DNA of 64,000 bases, from positions 53,110 to 117,109 of the IMG/VR virus record IMGVR_UViG_3300031555_004942; one strand, given 5' to 3'. This document shows, piece by piece, positions 9,796 to 20,224 of the stretch (its first letter is position 1; every line of letters starts with the position of its first letter). The position numbers and the translations under genes are program-made. The DNA is from a virus (taxonomy: Duplodnaviria; Caudoviricetes). The notes under the pieces are model-generated. The model did not search any database. It was not told where the DNA came from and saw nothing but the letters and a program-made list of their open reading frames with translations.

Positions 9796-11676
9796 ATGGA
9801 AAAGACAAAAGGTAGACCAACTATTGAAAAAGATACTACTAATGAAGAAAAAAAAGAAGTATTAATGGAGAAAATATCTGTTCAAGAACCATATATAAGA
9901 ATGTCTCAGATGTTTTCACAATATCAACAACAAGGACTTAATAGTAGTCAATTTTTAACAGCATTAGGTTCATCTTTTAAAAATAATCCATTTATACAAA
10001 ATTCTCGATTAAAAAGAATTAATTCTCCTATAACATCAACAAATAAAAGCGAATTAGATAAAGCGATTAAAATTCCTGAAAATAATGAAGATCTTTTTTG
10101 TTCTGAATCTCAAAGTTTGTATTTTCAGAATTATGTATATAGTAATTTATTAAAAATTAATCGTGAAACACCTCAATATTTTTATTATGCTATTCCTGTT
10201 GATGTATCATCTAAAGATTGTGTCAAAGATGATTTTAAAAAAGAAATGCATCTTGTGAATGAATTATTAGATAAACTTAACATTCGTAAAGTAGGTAAAG
10301 ATATTGCTATGGATATAAGTTTGGAAGGAAAAAGGTCTTATATTTTTAGACATAGTTGTTCAAAAAATAAAGGACAAGTTGATTTTGCTTTATTTCAAAA
10401 AATACCATCTCGTTGGATTAAATATACAAATATAGGAAGCACAACAGATTATGTAACATCTTTAGATTTTATGATGTTTTTACAACCAGGGGAATCATTG
10501 GATTTTTATCCACCATTCTTTACAGAAATTTGGAATGAATTAATTGAAAATGAAATTTTTGTAGATGATAAACAAGGAAATAAAACTTTAAATATAAATG
10601 CTATTAATAATAATCAAAGGAATGATATTTTAGAATATGCGAATGGTAGATACATGTATTGGGTACAATTACCACAAAATGAAGTATTTGAATTTGGTTC
10701 AGATAATAGCCACACATTAAGACTTCCTGAATATATGGGGTTATTTAGTGATTTAAGGGGATTAGATGATTATAAATGGCTTCAAAATCAATTATTATCT
10801 AGATCTGTAAATAGTGTTATGGTTGGTACAGTTCCACTTATAAAAGATCATAATCTTGCAGGAGGAGATCAAACAGCTATTTCTATGGATTCAATTATTG
10901 GTTTTAGTGATATGTTTACCAATGCTGTTAGTAGTAACATTATGCCATTCTTTGCTCCATTTACAGATTATAAATTATTATCTTTACCATCTCCTCCAGA
11001 TGCTAAAGAAATCAATAATACAGCATTAAAAAATTTAATTAACACGTCAGGTATGGGTGCATTGATTTCTACCACTGATAAACCTAGTATTATTAGTGTA
11101 AAAACAGCTCAAAAATTAGCAGAAGCTAAATCTGAGTATATAATGTTACAAATACAAGATTGTTTAAATTATATTGTTAATAATAAATTAGGATTAAAAT
11201 ATAAATTTAAAATTACTTTATGGGGTGGATTGTTTAATGCTGAAAATGATATTAAAATAATGAAAGAAATGGCAATTGCAGGATATACTGCTGTTATTCC
11301 TCGTTTAATGAGTGGGTTTAATTTAAATATGGAGGATTGTGTTTCTATTGGGAATTATTTAGAGTCTATAGATTTTTATAAACATTGTAAATCTATGGCT
11401 TCTTTAGGTAAAGAAGATGAAAAAATAGGAGAAACAAAAAAAGTAGGAAGAAAACCAGTTGGTAATGATTTAGAAAATGATAATACAGAAATTTCTATAT
11501 CTCAGGGAAATAACGTTTCTGATATAAAAGAATTTTCAGGTATTTCTCGTTGTTTAAAATGTGGAGAACCTGTTGAAAATGGAGAGTTTTTGTGTGATGA
11601 TTGTTTAGAAGAGGAATATGAAATAAGATTACAAGAAGTAATGTCTTTTATTAAACAAGATAATATACAAGGATAA
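9796..11676 (+). CDS. Portal protein with a C-terminal Zn-ribbon extension
   Basis: Position after terL; 626 aa; C-terminal GRKP...NDNT..S...G.N typical of this portal class, followed by CLKC-x11-CDDC; AAGGAGG RBS. Confidence 0.75.
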   Translation: MEKTKGRPTIEKDTTNEEKKEVLMEKISVQEPYIRMSQMFSQYQQQGLNSSQFLTALGSSFKNNPFIQNSRLKRINSPITSTNKSELDKAIKIPENNEDLFCSESQSLYFQNYVYSNLLKINRETPQYFYYAIPVDVSSKDCVKDDFKKEMHLVNELLDKLNIRKVGKDIAMDISLEGKRSYIFRHSCSKNKGQVDFALFQKIPSRWIKYTNIGSTTDYVTSLDFMMFLQPGESLDFYPPFFTEIWNELIENEIFVDDKQGNKTLNINAINNNQRNDILEYANGRYMYWVQLPQNEVFEFGSDNSHTLRLPEYMGLFSDLRGLDDYKWLQNQLLSRSVNSVMVGTVPLIKDHNLAGGDQTAISMDSIIGFSDMFTNAVSSNIMPFFAPFTDYKLLSLPSPPDAKEINNTALKNLINTSGMGALISTTDKPSIISVKTAQKLAEAKSEYIMLQIQDCLNYIVNNKLGLKYKFKITLWGGLFNAENDIKIMKEMAIAGYTAVIPRLMSGFNLNMEDCVSIGNYLESIDFYKHCKSMASLGKEDEKIGETKKVGRKPVGNDLENDNTEISISQGNNVSDIKEFSGISRCLKCGEPVENGEFLCDDCLEEEYEIRLQEVMSFIKQDNIQG

Positions 11677-11692
11677 AAAAAGGGGAATAAAA

Positions 11693-11851
11693 ATGAATAA
11701 AGGAAAAAAAGAAAAAGAAAAAATATGTAATCATAATCCTAAAGATGTAAAAACAACGTTAAAAAAAATAGAACGAAAAACTATGGTTTTTCCTGCTGTT
11801 GATGAGTATTGTTGTAAAACATGCCATGAGTTTTTTGTTTTTGAAAAATGA
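11693..11851 (+). CDS. Small Cys/His-rich protein (52 aa), absent from the ORF track
   Basis: AGGGG RBS; translation MNKGKKEKEKICNHNPK...YCCKTCHEFFVFEK*; CxH...CxxC. Confidence 0.6.
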   Translation: MNKGKKEKEKICNHNPKDVKTTLKKIERKTMVFPAVDEYCCKTCHEFFVFEK

Positions 11852-11918
11852 TATGATTATATGTTTCACTCTTTATGTTTTATAAAGGTTAAATACTTTT
11901 AGAAAGGAGTGAATATTT

Positions 11919-12551
11919 TTGAAAGAATTAATAGCAACATTAAATTTAGATTTTCGCAGTATAATTACAACAATTTTTGTAATAATGTCAGGAGTTGTTT
12001 TTGCTTATCAACTTATTGGAAAATTTTCAGAAATTTTAGGAAAACCATTTAAATGGTATACTAGTAGAAATAAAGATCATGAAGAGTTAAAAAATTTAGT
12101 TGGAGAATTAAAAACACATAAAGAAAACAATGATAAGGTAGAAGAAGTGTTTGTTAAATTTATGAATGAGATGAAAGCAGAAATGCAAAAATATAATGAT
12201 AATAGAATTCATGATCGTCAACAATCATTTGATATTCAGAGACAACTCACATCAACTATGGATAAAATGGCTGAATCTGCAGGAAAAAATAAAGTATTAA
12301 TTGATGCTTTATTAGCGGCACAGAAAGAAATGATGGCTGAAAAAATCAATGAGAAATATAAGAATTATATTGCTATGGATGGTATCCCAGAAGATGAATA
12401 TGATGAATTTGTTGCTCTACACGCTGCTTATAATGGGGTTGGAGGAAATCATCATGGAGATGCTAAGTATAATTATTGTATTAATAATTTAAAAGTTAAA
12501 CCAGTAGAAATTAAAGTAGTAACAAGGGAAATTAAGAAACAAGGTGAATAA
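11919..12551 (+). CDS. Holin-like membrane protein
   Basis: TTG start after AAGGAG; N-terminal TM helix; coiled coil; C-terminal 'LH.AY...GGN..G' motif seen in Firmicutes phage holin-like proteins. Confidence 0.55.
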   Translation: MKELIATLNLDFRSIITTIFVIMSGVVFAYQLIGKFSEILGKPFKWYTSRNKDHEELKNLVGELKTHKENNDKVEEVFVKFMNEMKAEMQKYNDNRIHDRQQSFDIQRQLTSTMDKMAESAGKNKVLIDALLAAQKEMMAEKINEKYKNYIAMDGIPEDEYDEFVALHAAYNGVGGNHHGDAKYNYCINNLKVKPVEIKVVTREIKKQGE

Positions 12552-12863
12552 ATGATATATTTTATCACAGATACAAGGAATATAAAAATAGGATATACAA
12601 AAGGAAAAATCGAAAAAAGATTACAACAATTACAAACTAGTTGTGCTGATAATTTGTATATTTTAGGATGGATTGATGGAAATATAAAAATGGAAAAACA
12701 ATTACATGTTAAATTCAATTCAAGTAAAACAAGATCGAATGGTGAGTGGTTTTATCCCACAGAAGATTTATTAGAATATATAAATTCTAATAATCAAAGA
12801 AATAATACATATGTAGATTTTGTAGATGGTAAATTAATGGCTTTATTAAAAATATCTACTTAA
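12552..12863 (+). CDS. GIY-YIG superfamily nuclease (T5orf172/MUG113 type)
   Basis: IYFI...IKIGYT...KRLQQLQTS...E..LH..F......GEWF. Confidence 0.85.
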   Translation: MIYFITDTRNIKIGYTKGKIEKRLQQLQTSCADNLYILGWIDGNIKMEKQLHVKFNSSKTRSNGEWFYPTEDLLEYINSNNQRNNTYVDFVDGKLMALLKIST

Positions 12864-12914
12864 ATCAATAATTTTTATTATTTTTTATATTACTGAGGGG
12901 AGGTGACAGAGGTA

Positions 12915-14834
12915 ATGGCTAAAAAAACAATGTGTTTTGATTTAAGCTCTTCTTCTATAAAAATAAAAGAATTAATGCAAACAAAGGATTTTATAATGAT
13001 TGAATTATGGGCAATATCTGATGAATATCCTAATAATAATAAGAGTCATTTTCCTTATAATACAATGAAATCCAATGTAAAAAATAAAGTATTTTTTAAT
13101 AAACCTATTTTGGGTAAATTTAATAATATAACATTAAATTATGAAGTTCATAATAGTCAAAATAAGTATGACCCTGAATATGATTTAGAATATAAAGATT
13201 ATGAAAATGGTGAAAGACCATTAGGTGTTATTCGAGAAAGTGACAATGTTAGAATCGAAATAGATGAAAATGGATTGCATTGGATTGTTTTTACTGCAAT
13301 TTTGTGGGTAAAATATAATTATCAGGGTGTAAAAAAAATATTAAAATCTAAGACTAGCAAAGTATCTGTCGAGGTGACTGTTACAAAGTCGCATTTAGAT
13401 GAAAATAAAATAGAAATTTTTGATGAATGGATGTTTGATGGTGTAACTATTTTAGGATATAGACCTAATACAAAGATAGTTGCAAAAGAGGGAATAAATA
13501 ATGCTCATTTAACAATCTTGGAGAAAATGGGACAAAGTGAATTTTCTCATCAAATTAGATCTTTGCAGTTTGCATATGATGAATTTGATAAAAATAATGA
13601 TATAAAAGAGAATGATTCTCGTTTATATATAGAAAAAAATGAAGAAGAGGGGGGAATCAAATTGCTTACATATGAACAAAAAATTGGGTTGCTTCAGGAA
13701 AAATTACATTCTTTTTTAGATTTAGATAAAGAATGGGGGTATGTTTGTGACTTAGATGATAATAATGTATATTTCAGAATAGGTGATGTAACATATCGTA
13801 CATCATATTCTTTTAATGAAGATGAAACAGAATGTACTCTTGACTTTGATCAAAAAATACGTGTAATTAATACATGGAAAGATTTTGAAACAGAAATGTC
13901 AGAATCTGAGAATGAACAACAATCATTTGAAGAAAATGAATTTAAAGAAGATTCTTGTGAAAAAGATGGTTCTAAGGAAGAAAATACGTCTGAAGAAAAA
14001 GTTGAATCAAAAGATGATTGTAATGATGACAAAAACGATAAAGATGATTGTGATGATTGCGATAATAAAGATGATGAGGAAAAAGACGTAGAAGAGAAAT
14101 GTGAAAAACAAGAAAGTGAATCTAATTCTGATGGTTTTGTTTCTGAATCTGAGTTTAAAGATGATGAAGAAAAAGATGATCCTGAACAACAAGAAAATGA
14201 ATCTAATTCTGATGATGAATCTGATAAAGTGAAAGAAAAAGAAGAATCGTCTGATTTAGATGGAGAAGCATTTGAAGATACAGATAACAATGTTGAAGAA
14301 TCTGAAAAAGATTCTGAAGAGAAAAATGAAGATTGTTGTGTAAAATCAACAATGGAAGCAGAACAGATGTTTGTAATAGAAGAAACACAATGTACTGCTA
14401 ATGAGGTATATGATAAATATATATCATTAAAACAAACTTTTGATAATCTTGAAAAAGATTATAATGATTTATCAGCAAAGTTTGATAATTGTCAAAAACA
14501 ATGTGATGAATTTTCAAGTGAATTAAAGAAAATTGAATATGAAAAAATGAGTGTTGAAGTAAAAGAATTAGCAACTAAAGCAAAATTCTCTAAAGAGGAA
14601 ATTGATGATTATGTCAATAGATGTAAAAATGGAGAATTTTCAACAATTGAAGAGGCTACTAAAGAAATTGCATATAAGGCATTTATGAATAGTGATGCTG
14701 ATGATAATAATGCAAATACAGAAACACAGGTTGAATTTTCTGCAAAAGCAGATGTTCGTAAACAAGTTATATCAAATATGTCAAAGACAAAAATAAGTCC
14801 TATTGACAATTTAAAACAATATATTAATAAATAA
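12915..14834 (+). CDS. Prohead protease / scaffolding protein
   Basis: Position between portal and capsid; N-terminal protease-like domain (SVEV...F.GVTILG); very acidic linker; C-terminal coiled coil; ATG 12915 follows GGAGGTG (ORF track starts at 12903). Confidence 0.7.
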   Translation: MAKKTMCFDLSSSSIKIKELMQTKDFIMIELWAISDEYPNNNKSHFPYNTMKSNVKNKVFFNKPILGKFNNITLNYEVHNSQNKYDPEYDLEYKDYENGERPLGVIRESDNVRIEIDENGLHWIVFTAILWVKYNYQGVKKILKSKTSKVSVEVTVTKSHLDENKIEIFDEWMFDGVTILGYRPNTKIVAKEGINNAHLTILEKMGQSEFSHQIRSLQFAYDEFDKNNDIKENDSRLYIEKNEEEGGIKLLTYEQKIGLLQEKLHSFLDLDKEWGYVCDLDDNNVYFRIGDVTYRTSYSFNEDETECTLDFDQKIRVINTWKDFETEMSESENEQQSFEENEFKEDSCEKDGSKEENTSEEKVESKDDCNDDKNDKDDCDDCDNKDDEEKDVEEKCEKQESESNSDGFVSESEFKDDEEKDDPEQQENESNSDDESDKVKEKEESSDLDGEAFEDTDNNVEESEKDSEEKNEDCCVKSTMEAEQMFVIEETQCTANEVYDKYISLKQTFDNLEKDYNDLSAKFDNCQKQCDEFSSELKKIEYEKMSVEVKELATKAKFSKEEIDDYVNRCKNGEFSTIEEATKEIAYKAFMNSDADDNNANTETQVEFSAKADVRKQVISNMSKTKISPIDNLKQYINK

Positions 14835-14847
14835 GGAGGAATAAAAA

Positions 14848-15408
14848 ATGGCTAAGAAATTATTTTGGAAAAATCAAATGGCATCAGAAGATGTAAATTC
14901 TCTTTTAGTAAGTGGAAGATATTATGATACTGATGGCAAAATAGCAGAAATTCATGATGGTGCAATTGTTGTAATTGGAGATTTAGAAAATCATGCAATA
15001 TATGAGGGAGTTAAAGATCTTAATGTGAGAAAGATTACAGCTCCTGAGGCAAGCACAGATGCAATTGCAATTGTTGACATTGCAAATGTAAGTGAGGGTG
15101 AAATTAAAGGTGTTGTTTACAGAGAAGGTATTAAAACTACTGATATGACACAAGAAGCAGGAGTTCCTGTTCGTGTTAGAATGCTTAAGAAAATAGATAG
15201 TTTTAATATTGGTGCAGGTAACATCGAAGGAACACCAGTTGTTGGTGAATATCTTATTCCACAAGCTGGTAGCACATTGTTAGCTCCTTCAGCTACAAAA
15301 GTAGAAGGTACAACATGTTTTAAAGTAGAAGCAAAATTAAATTTAACAGAGGGTGTTATAGATACTGATGTTAAGTATTTATGTACTGCTGTTTCTGTAG
15401 TAGAATAA
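14848..15408 (+). CDS. Probable capsid decoration / minor head protein
   Basis: 186 aa, beta-rich, directly before the major capsid gene; strong AAGGAGG RBS. Confidence 0.6.
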   Translation: MAKKLFWKNQMASEDVNSLLVSGRYYDTDGKIAEIHDGAIVVIGDLENHAIYEGVKDLNVRKITAPEASTDAIAIVDIANVSEGEIKGVVYREGIKTTDMTQEAGVPVRVRMLKKIDSFNIGAGNIEGTPVVGEYLIPQAGSTLLAPSATKVEGTTCFKVEAKLNLTEGVIDTDVKYLCTAVSVVE

Positions 15409-15426
15409 TAAAGGAGGTAGAATATA

Positions 15427-16533
15427 ATGAGTAGATTATTTACATACAATAATGAGGGTCAAAATAAAACTTTAGATGATATTGTTAGCGTTTTTTCATC
15501 TCTTGTAGAACAGAGAGCATCTAAAGATTTTGTCAACAATGATGATTATAAAGAAGCTAATAGAGTATTTAGTGAATCTTTAATTAAATTTGTTTTTGAG
15601 CAAAATAATCAAGAATTTGAAAGTCTTGATTGTTTGAAAAATCCTATGATAACAGGTAGAACTTCTTTTAAAGAAACTTTCGATACTGTTATTGCTCAAA
15701 TGATTACACCAGTTATGCCAAAATTAACATCTGAAAGATATAATACTCTTTATGATGTAGCACAAGTTGGTTTTGGTGATAATGCGAAATATGAAGTTGA
15801 GTCTAATGAGTTATTTATTATCAATGAATTTGCTGAAGGTATAGCTCGTGGTGGAATTCAAACACTTTACAACGAAGAATACACTGTAAAAGCAACAAAG
15901 AGAACAGTTACAGTTGGTGTTGACTGGTTTCATGTTGCAAGTAATAAACATGACTGGGGAAGATGGGGCATGAAGATTGCTAAATCTTTTGAGGCTTATA
16001 TTAATGCTGCTGTTATTAAAGCTCTTACAAATGTAATAGCTACAGAAGATAATATGAAAGCACATGGTATTGGTGGATACTATGCAAATGGTATTGATGA
16101 TACTAACTGGTTGACTGTTTCTAAGAACGTATCTCTTGCAAATGGTGGTGTTCCAGTATATGCTCTTGGAACAAATATTGCTTTATCAGAAGTGCTTCCA
16201 GAAGCAACAGAAGGTTTCAGATTTAATAGTAATGATGATGTTGTAGTAACAGGTTATCTTCCACATTATAAAAAAGTACCTCTTATTGAGATTGATAATG
16301 CTTTAGTTCCTAACACAATTAATAATACTCCAAAATCAATTGTAAGTGATGATTATATTTATATGATTGCTATGGGTTCACATAAACCTGTAAAAGTTGT
16401 ATTTGAGGGTAATACTGTAAGTGTGCATAACGATGCATCAGAAACAAAAGATAGAACATATGCATTAACAATTGATATGTGGATTGGTATTGATGTAATT
16501 GTAGGTTCAAAATTCGGTGTAATTTTGAAATAA
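15427..16533 (+). CDS. Major capsid protein
   Basis: 368 aa; position after scaffold/decoration genes; strong AAGGAGG RBS; high-expression codon usage. Confidence 0.75.
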   Translation: MSRLFTYNNEGQNKTLDDIVSVFSSLVEQRASKDFVNNDDYKEANRVFSESLIKFVFEQNNQEFESLDCLKNPMITGRTSFKETFDTVIAQMITPVMPKLTSERYNTLYDVAQVGFGDNAKYEVESNELFIINEFAEGIARGGIQTLYNEEYTVKATKRTVTVGVDWFHVASNKHDWGRWGMKIAKSFEAYINAAVIKALTNVIATEDNMKAHGIGGYYANGIDDTNWLTVSKNVSLANGGVPVYALGTNIALSEVLPEATEGFRFNSNDDVVVTGYLPHYKKVPLIEIDNALVPNTINNTPKSIVSDDYIYMIAMGSHKPVKVVFEGNTVSVHNDASETKDRTYALTIDMWIGIDVIVGSKFGVILK

Positions 16534-16576
16534 TTTTAATAAGTATTTAAAGGTTTTTAAAGGAGGACAATAAAAT

Positions 16577-17335
16577 ATGGCAAACACAAAGAAAACTACT
16601 AAAGTAGAAGCAACTGAAAAAGTCAATGAAGTACCATCTCAAGATATTAGTAAAATTCTTGAGATGGTCCAAGTCATGCAAGAACAACTTAGTTCTTTAC
16701 AAGCAGAAAATCAAAAATTGAAAGAAGATATTGAGAATACTCATCATTTAGAAATAGAAGAAGGTGTTATTGTAGATAGTGTAGCTCCTGTTGTTGAAGT
16801 TATGGATTCTACTTCTTCTAAAATAGTTGTATATCATATGCAGGAATTGATGGGTAATTTAGGGACAGTAATTAAGCTCACTAACGCAAAGAGAAGACCT
16901 ACTAAGATGGGGCAACGTATGACTTTTAATTTAGATGAGTTTGAAGAGCTTATTGATGTATATAGAAATTATTTCGATAAAGGAATCTTAGCATTAGATG
17001 CAGCTCATTTAAATTATGCAGAAATGTACGATTTGCCTATTTATGATTCAAAAACAAAAGCTCAATATAATTCAAAAATTTTAAAAGATGTAGTGTCTTA
17101 TAATTATGAACAACTACAAAAATTTTATAATAATTTATCAGAAAATAATAAGAGTGCTTTTTTAACCTATTGGTTAGGACAAGTTTATGAGAAGAAAGAT
17201 GGTTATTATAATATGGAAAAAATGAGATGGTTGAATACTATTTCTAACACACAAACATTTGGAGCGATTCTTACAGAGATGGAAAATGCGGAGCGTAGAA
17301 AAGTTAATACAAGAATTGATGCAGATAAAATTTAA
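16577..17335 (+). CDS. Hypothetical virion/head-associated protein
   Basis: Follows the capsid gene; N-terminal coiled coil; AGGAGG RBS. Confidence 0.6.
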   Translation: MANTKKTTKVEATEKVNEVPSQDISKILEMVQVMQEQLSSLQAENQKLKEDIENTHHLEIEEGVIVDSVAPVVEVMDSTSSKIVVYHMQELMGNLGTVIKLTNAKRRPTKMGQRMTFNLDEFEELIDVYRNYFDKGILALDAAHLNYAEMYDLPIYDSKTKAQYNSKILKDVVSYNYEQLQKFYNNLSENNKSAFLTYWLGQVYEKKDGYYNMEKMRWLNTISNTQTFGAILTEMENAERRKVNTRIDADKI

Positions 17336-17361
17336 TAAAATATTAGAGAGGAGAGGTAAAA

Positions 17362-18057
17362 ATGATTTTTTTTAATGAAATATATAAGCAAGCTATAAGT
17401 TTATTTGATGATCCTGATATAACTATGGCTTATGATAATAATAAGATACAATTTTATAAAATGATGTATCCTTTTTTAAATTCATCATTATCATTATTTA
17501 CTAACCCCTCTATGATAGGTAGAATGCTGTCCGATTATATAGAGCCAAAAGGAACTATGGAGATTTTTGAATCAGATGGAAAAACAAATGAATTTGAATT
17601 ATCTTTTACTCCTGAATATAATTGTTTATTTGATTGTTTAGCTGATGGTAAAAAAATTGATTATACATATGATAATAAATCAAATAAAATTATATTTTCA
17701 GAAATAATTGATATAGGTAAAATATATAGTGTTGAATGTTATTCTATAGGTTATTTTAATACATCATTAAATGTTACTAACAATAATAGTATAGACAAAG
17801 ACATAAAAAACAAAACTATAAGTATTTTAGCTAGGTTATTGGTTTTAGCATGGGGAGAAAAAACAAAAAATTTTTTATTAGACATTGAAAATATTTTGAC
17901 GGATACTGATTTTAGTTTACATCCTGCAAGCAATGCGTTAAATTCAAAAATTGCTTTTGTGAAACAAATTACAGAAGAAACGTACCAACTTCAAAATAAA
18001 TTAAGTCATATTATTCGATTTGCCAGCAATGCAGATTGGGGAAGGAGGTACAACTAA
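17362..18057 (+). CDS. Putative head-tail adaptor
   Basis: Neck-module position; ILARLLVLAW....DF..H..SN.L motif reminiscent of adaptor proteins of SPbeta-like phages. Confidence 0.5.
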   Translation: MIFFNEIYKQAISLFDDPDITMAYDNNKIQFYKMMYPFLNSSLSLFTNPSMIGRMLSDYIEPKGTMEIFESDGKTNEFELSFTPEYNCLFDCLADGKKIDYTYDNKSNKIIFSEIIDIGKIYSVECYSIGYFNTSLNVTNNNSIDKDIKNKTISILARLLVLAWGEKTKNFLLDIENILTDTDFSLHPASNALNSKIAFVKQITEETYQLQNKLSHIIRFASNADWGRRYN

Positions 18058-18383
18058 TGGATTTTAAATTAAAAGTTGAGCTTACAAAAGAAGAAAAAGA
18101 TATTTGTTTAAAAGATATTAGACGTAGAATTGTTCGTAGTATATATGTATATGAACAGTCGTTTATAGAAGATAGTGGTTATGATTATAAAATTTATGTT
18201 CATAGTCTTATGTTGTATATATCAAGTTCTAATTATTTATTTGATGGAGAATTAGTTAGTTTAATTGTATATTTAAATAGTATTTTATTAAATGATTTTG
18301 ATAAAAAACAATTTAAGAAGATAATATTTGAATGTAAAAACTATATTGATTATCTATTAAAAGAAGGTGAATCCAATGGGTAA
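18057..18383 (+). CDS. Hypothetical neck-region protein
   Basis: ATG 18057 overlaps the upstream TAA and follows AAGGAGGT. Confidence 0.65.
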   Translation: MDFKLKVELTKEEKDICLKDIRRRIVRSIYVYEQSFIEDSGYDYKIYVHSLMLYISSSNYLFDGELVSLIVYLNSILLNDFDKKQFKKIIFECKNYIDYLLKEGESNG

Positions 18384-19569
18384 AGTTATTGATACTACAG
18401 ATATTATTGATAGCTCTATGAGTTTAAATGCAAGGATTCCAAAAAATATGTCAATGAATAATTATTATTTAGATGCAAAACAAAAAAAAATAAACAGAGA
18501 ATGGAAATACAGATATAATGTTGTAGATATAGAGGAAGAAAATATTTTTGGAAGTGAAAAATTTGATCCAGTCGAGGTTGTAATTCAAACTGTTTATGAT
18601 ATAAATCAAAAAACAGTATCTTCTGATGATTGGAAAAAATTAATTTTTAAAGATATACAACATCCAGTTACAACAGGTAAAAGATATAGATTTTCAACAG
18701 ATTATTTTGGTCCAAATGTAAAAGATATTGATAAAAGTATATGGTTAACAATTAATACAAATAAAACTGCACCAACTCAAGGTATTTTGGTTAGGAAATG
18801 TGATAGTTTTTTTACTATACCTTCCATTGATGGTTCTGATATTCATTATGAACCAGTTGCTCTAGATGCAGATTTTAAATATATTAATTTTTATTCAGAT
18901 ATGAGCATTACTGTTCCTCAAGCGGAGATATATGCTGTAATGCAATATAATCAATATACAAAAAATATAAAAATTAATCATAGATTTTTAATAGGTCCAG
19001 CTAACACTGAAGATAAAGAGGATAATTTAATATTTAAAGTAAAAGCAGTAAGAAAATTTCAGGCTGAATCTACTTATGATTTAAATTCTATCCCTTTGGT
19101 GTTTCTTGCTTTGGAACGAAGTTCAGTAGACCCAAATGATGATTTTGAAACAAGAATTATGTCACAAAATTCAACATATAAATTTGATAAAGATGTTAAT
19201 CAAAAAGATGATACTACTGAAGATATTATAGATGATAATAATATAATTCATGATTATTATATTAAATTAATATCGGATGAGAATTTAATCAATGATCGTA
19301 TTTTATTAAATTCAAAATGTAATTTTTCTTGTTTTGTTTATGATGGTTCAAATAAAAATATAAATGTTCCTATTGATATAAAGTTGGAATTATTATCAAC
19401 AGATAAAGATTCTTATTATTATGATTATATCAGAGAAGATAATAATAATTTTTCAATTTTTAATAAAAAGGCTTATATAAAAAACAAACTTCAAATTATG
19501 TGTACAGCAGAAATAAATGATAAAATAATATCATATGAAACTTTTATTGAATTAGGAGGAAACACATAA
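18376..19569 (+). CDS. Putative head-closure/neck protein
   Basis: Neck-module position; beta-rich; ATG 18376 follows GAAGGTG. Confidence 0.55.
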   Translation: MGKVIDTTDIIDSSMSLNARIPKNMSMNNYYLDAKQKKINREWKYRYNVVDIEEENIFGSEKFDPVEVVIQTVYDINQKTVSSDDWKKLIFKDIQHPVTTGKRYRFSTDYFGPNVKDIDKSIWLTINTNKTAPTQGILVRKCDSFFTIPSIDGSDIHYEPVALDADFKYINFYSDMSITVPQAEIYAVMQYNQYTKNIKINHRFLIGPANTEDKEDNLIFKVKAVRKFQAESTYDLNSIPLVFLALERSSVDPNDDFETRIMSQNSTYKFDKDVNQKDDTTEDIIDDNNIIHDYYIKLISDENLINDRILLNSKCNFSCFVYDGSNKNINVPIDIKLELLSTDKDSYYYDYIREDNNNFSIFNKKAYIKNKLQIMCTAEINDKIISYETFIELGGNT

Positions 19570-20222
19570 TGAGAATAAGTTCTGATGAAGTTAGTTTAGT
19601 AGCTAAACAAAAATTTAATAGATTTACTAATTTAGATTCTATTGAAGAAAGAATTATAAACTATTTAATAAAATCAGATTCAATATATGCAAATAGAATA
19701 TGGAAACTATTAAAATATGCAGACTCAAAAGCTTTATTGAATGATAATCTTACAAAAAAACAAAAAGCAGAATTAGTGGATAATGATTCTGAAACACAAA
19801 CAAAGAAACGAGTATTTAGATATCCATTTATAGAAGATGCTTTTACTGAACAATGTAGTATTTTAAGAGTATATATAGATAGTATTATTCCTATAGATCA
19901 TTTAAAAAGCATTGTAAATGTAGGTATGGATTTAATAACTCATAATAAGATTAATAATGTATATAATGATTCAGGAGATGAAATAGAAGCTCCTGAAAAT
20001 TATAATCCTACAGAAAATGAAATTGTTATAAAATCAAGAAAAAGTGTTTTTTTAAAAAATATTTTAGCTGAGTTTAATGGAGTAGATATAGAGGGAGTTG
20101 GTCAACTTCAATTTAATAGAGATTTATCTTCTTTTTCTCAAGCAAAACTAGGTTTATTTAACAATAGAGATTATACAGGATATAAAGTTATTTTTAGTTG
20201 TTTACAATCAGGAGTTGAATAA
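19569..20222 (+). CDS. Putative tail terminator/completion protein
   Basis: Two genes before the major tail gene; size 217 aa; GVGQLQF motif. Confidence 0.45.
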   Translation: MRISSDEVSLVAKQKFNRFTNLDSIEERIINYLIKSDSIYANRIWKLLKYADSKALLNDNLTKKQKAELVDNDSETQTKKRVFRYPFIEDAFTEQCSILRVYIDSIIPIDHLKSIVNVGMDLITHNKINNVYNDSGDEIEAPENYNPTENEIVIKSRKSVFLKNILAEFNGVDIEGVGQLQFNRDLSSFSQAKLGLFNNRDYTGYKVIFSCLQSGVE

Positions 20223-20224
20223 AA

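Noticed and set aside
12552-12863. GIY-YIG gene as an intron-encoded homing endonuclease
   Set aside because: The flanking genes are intact, and there is no room or structure for a group I intron; it appears free-standing
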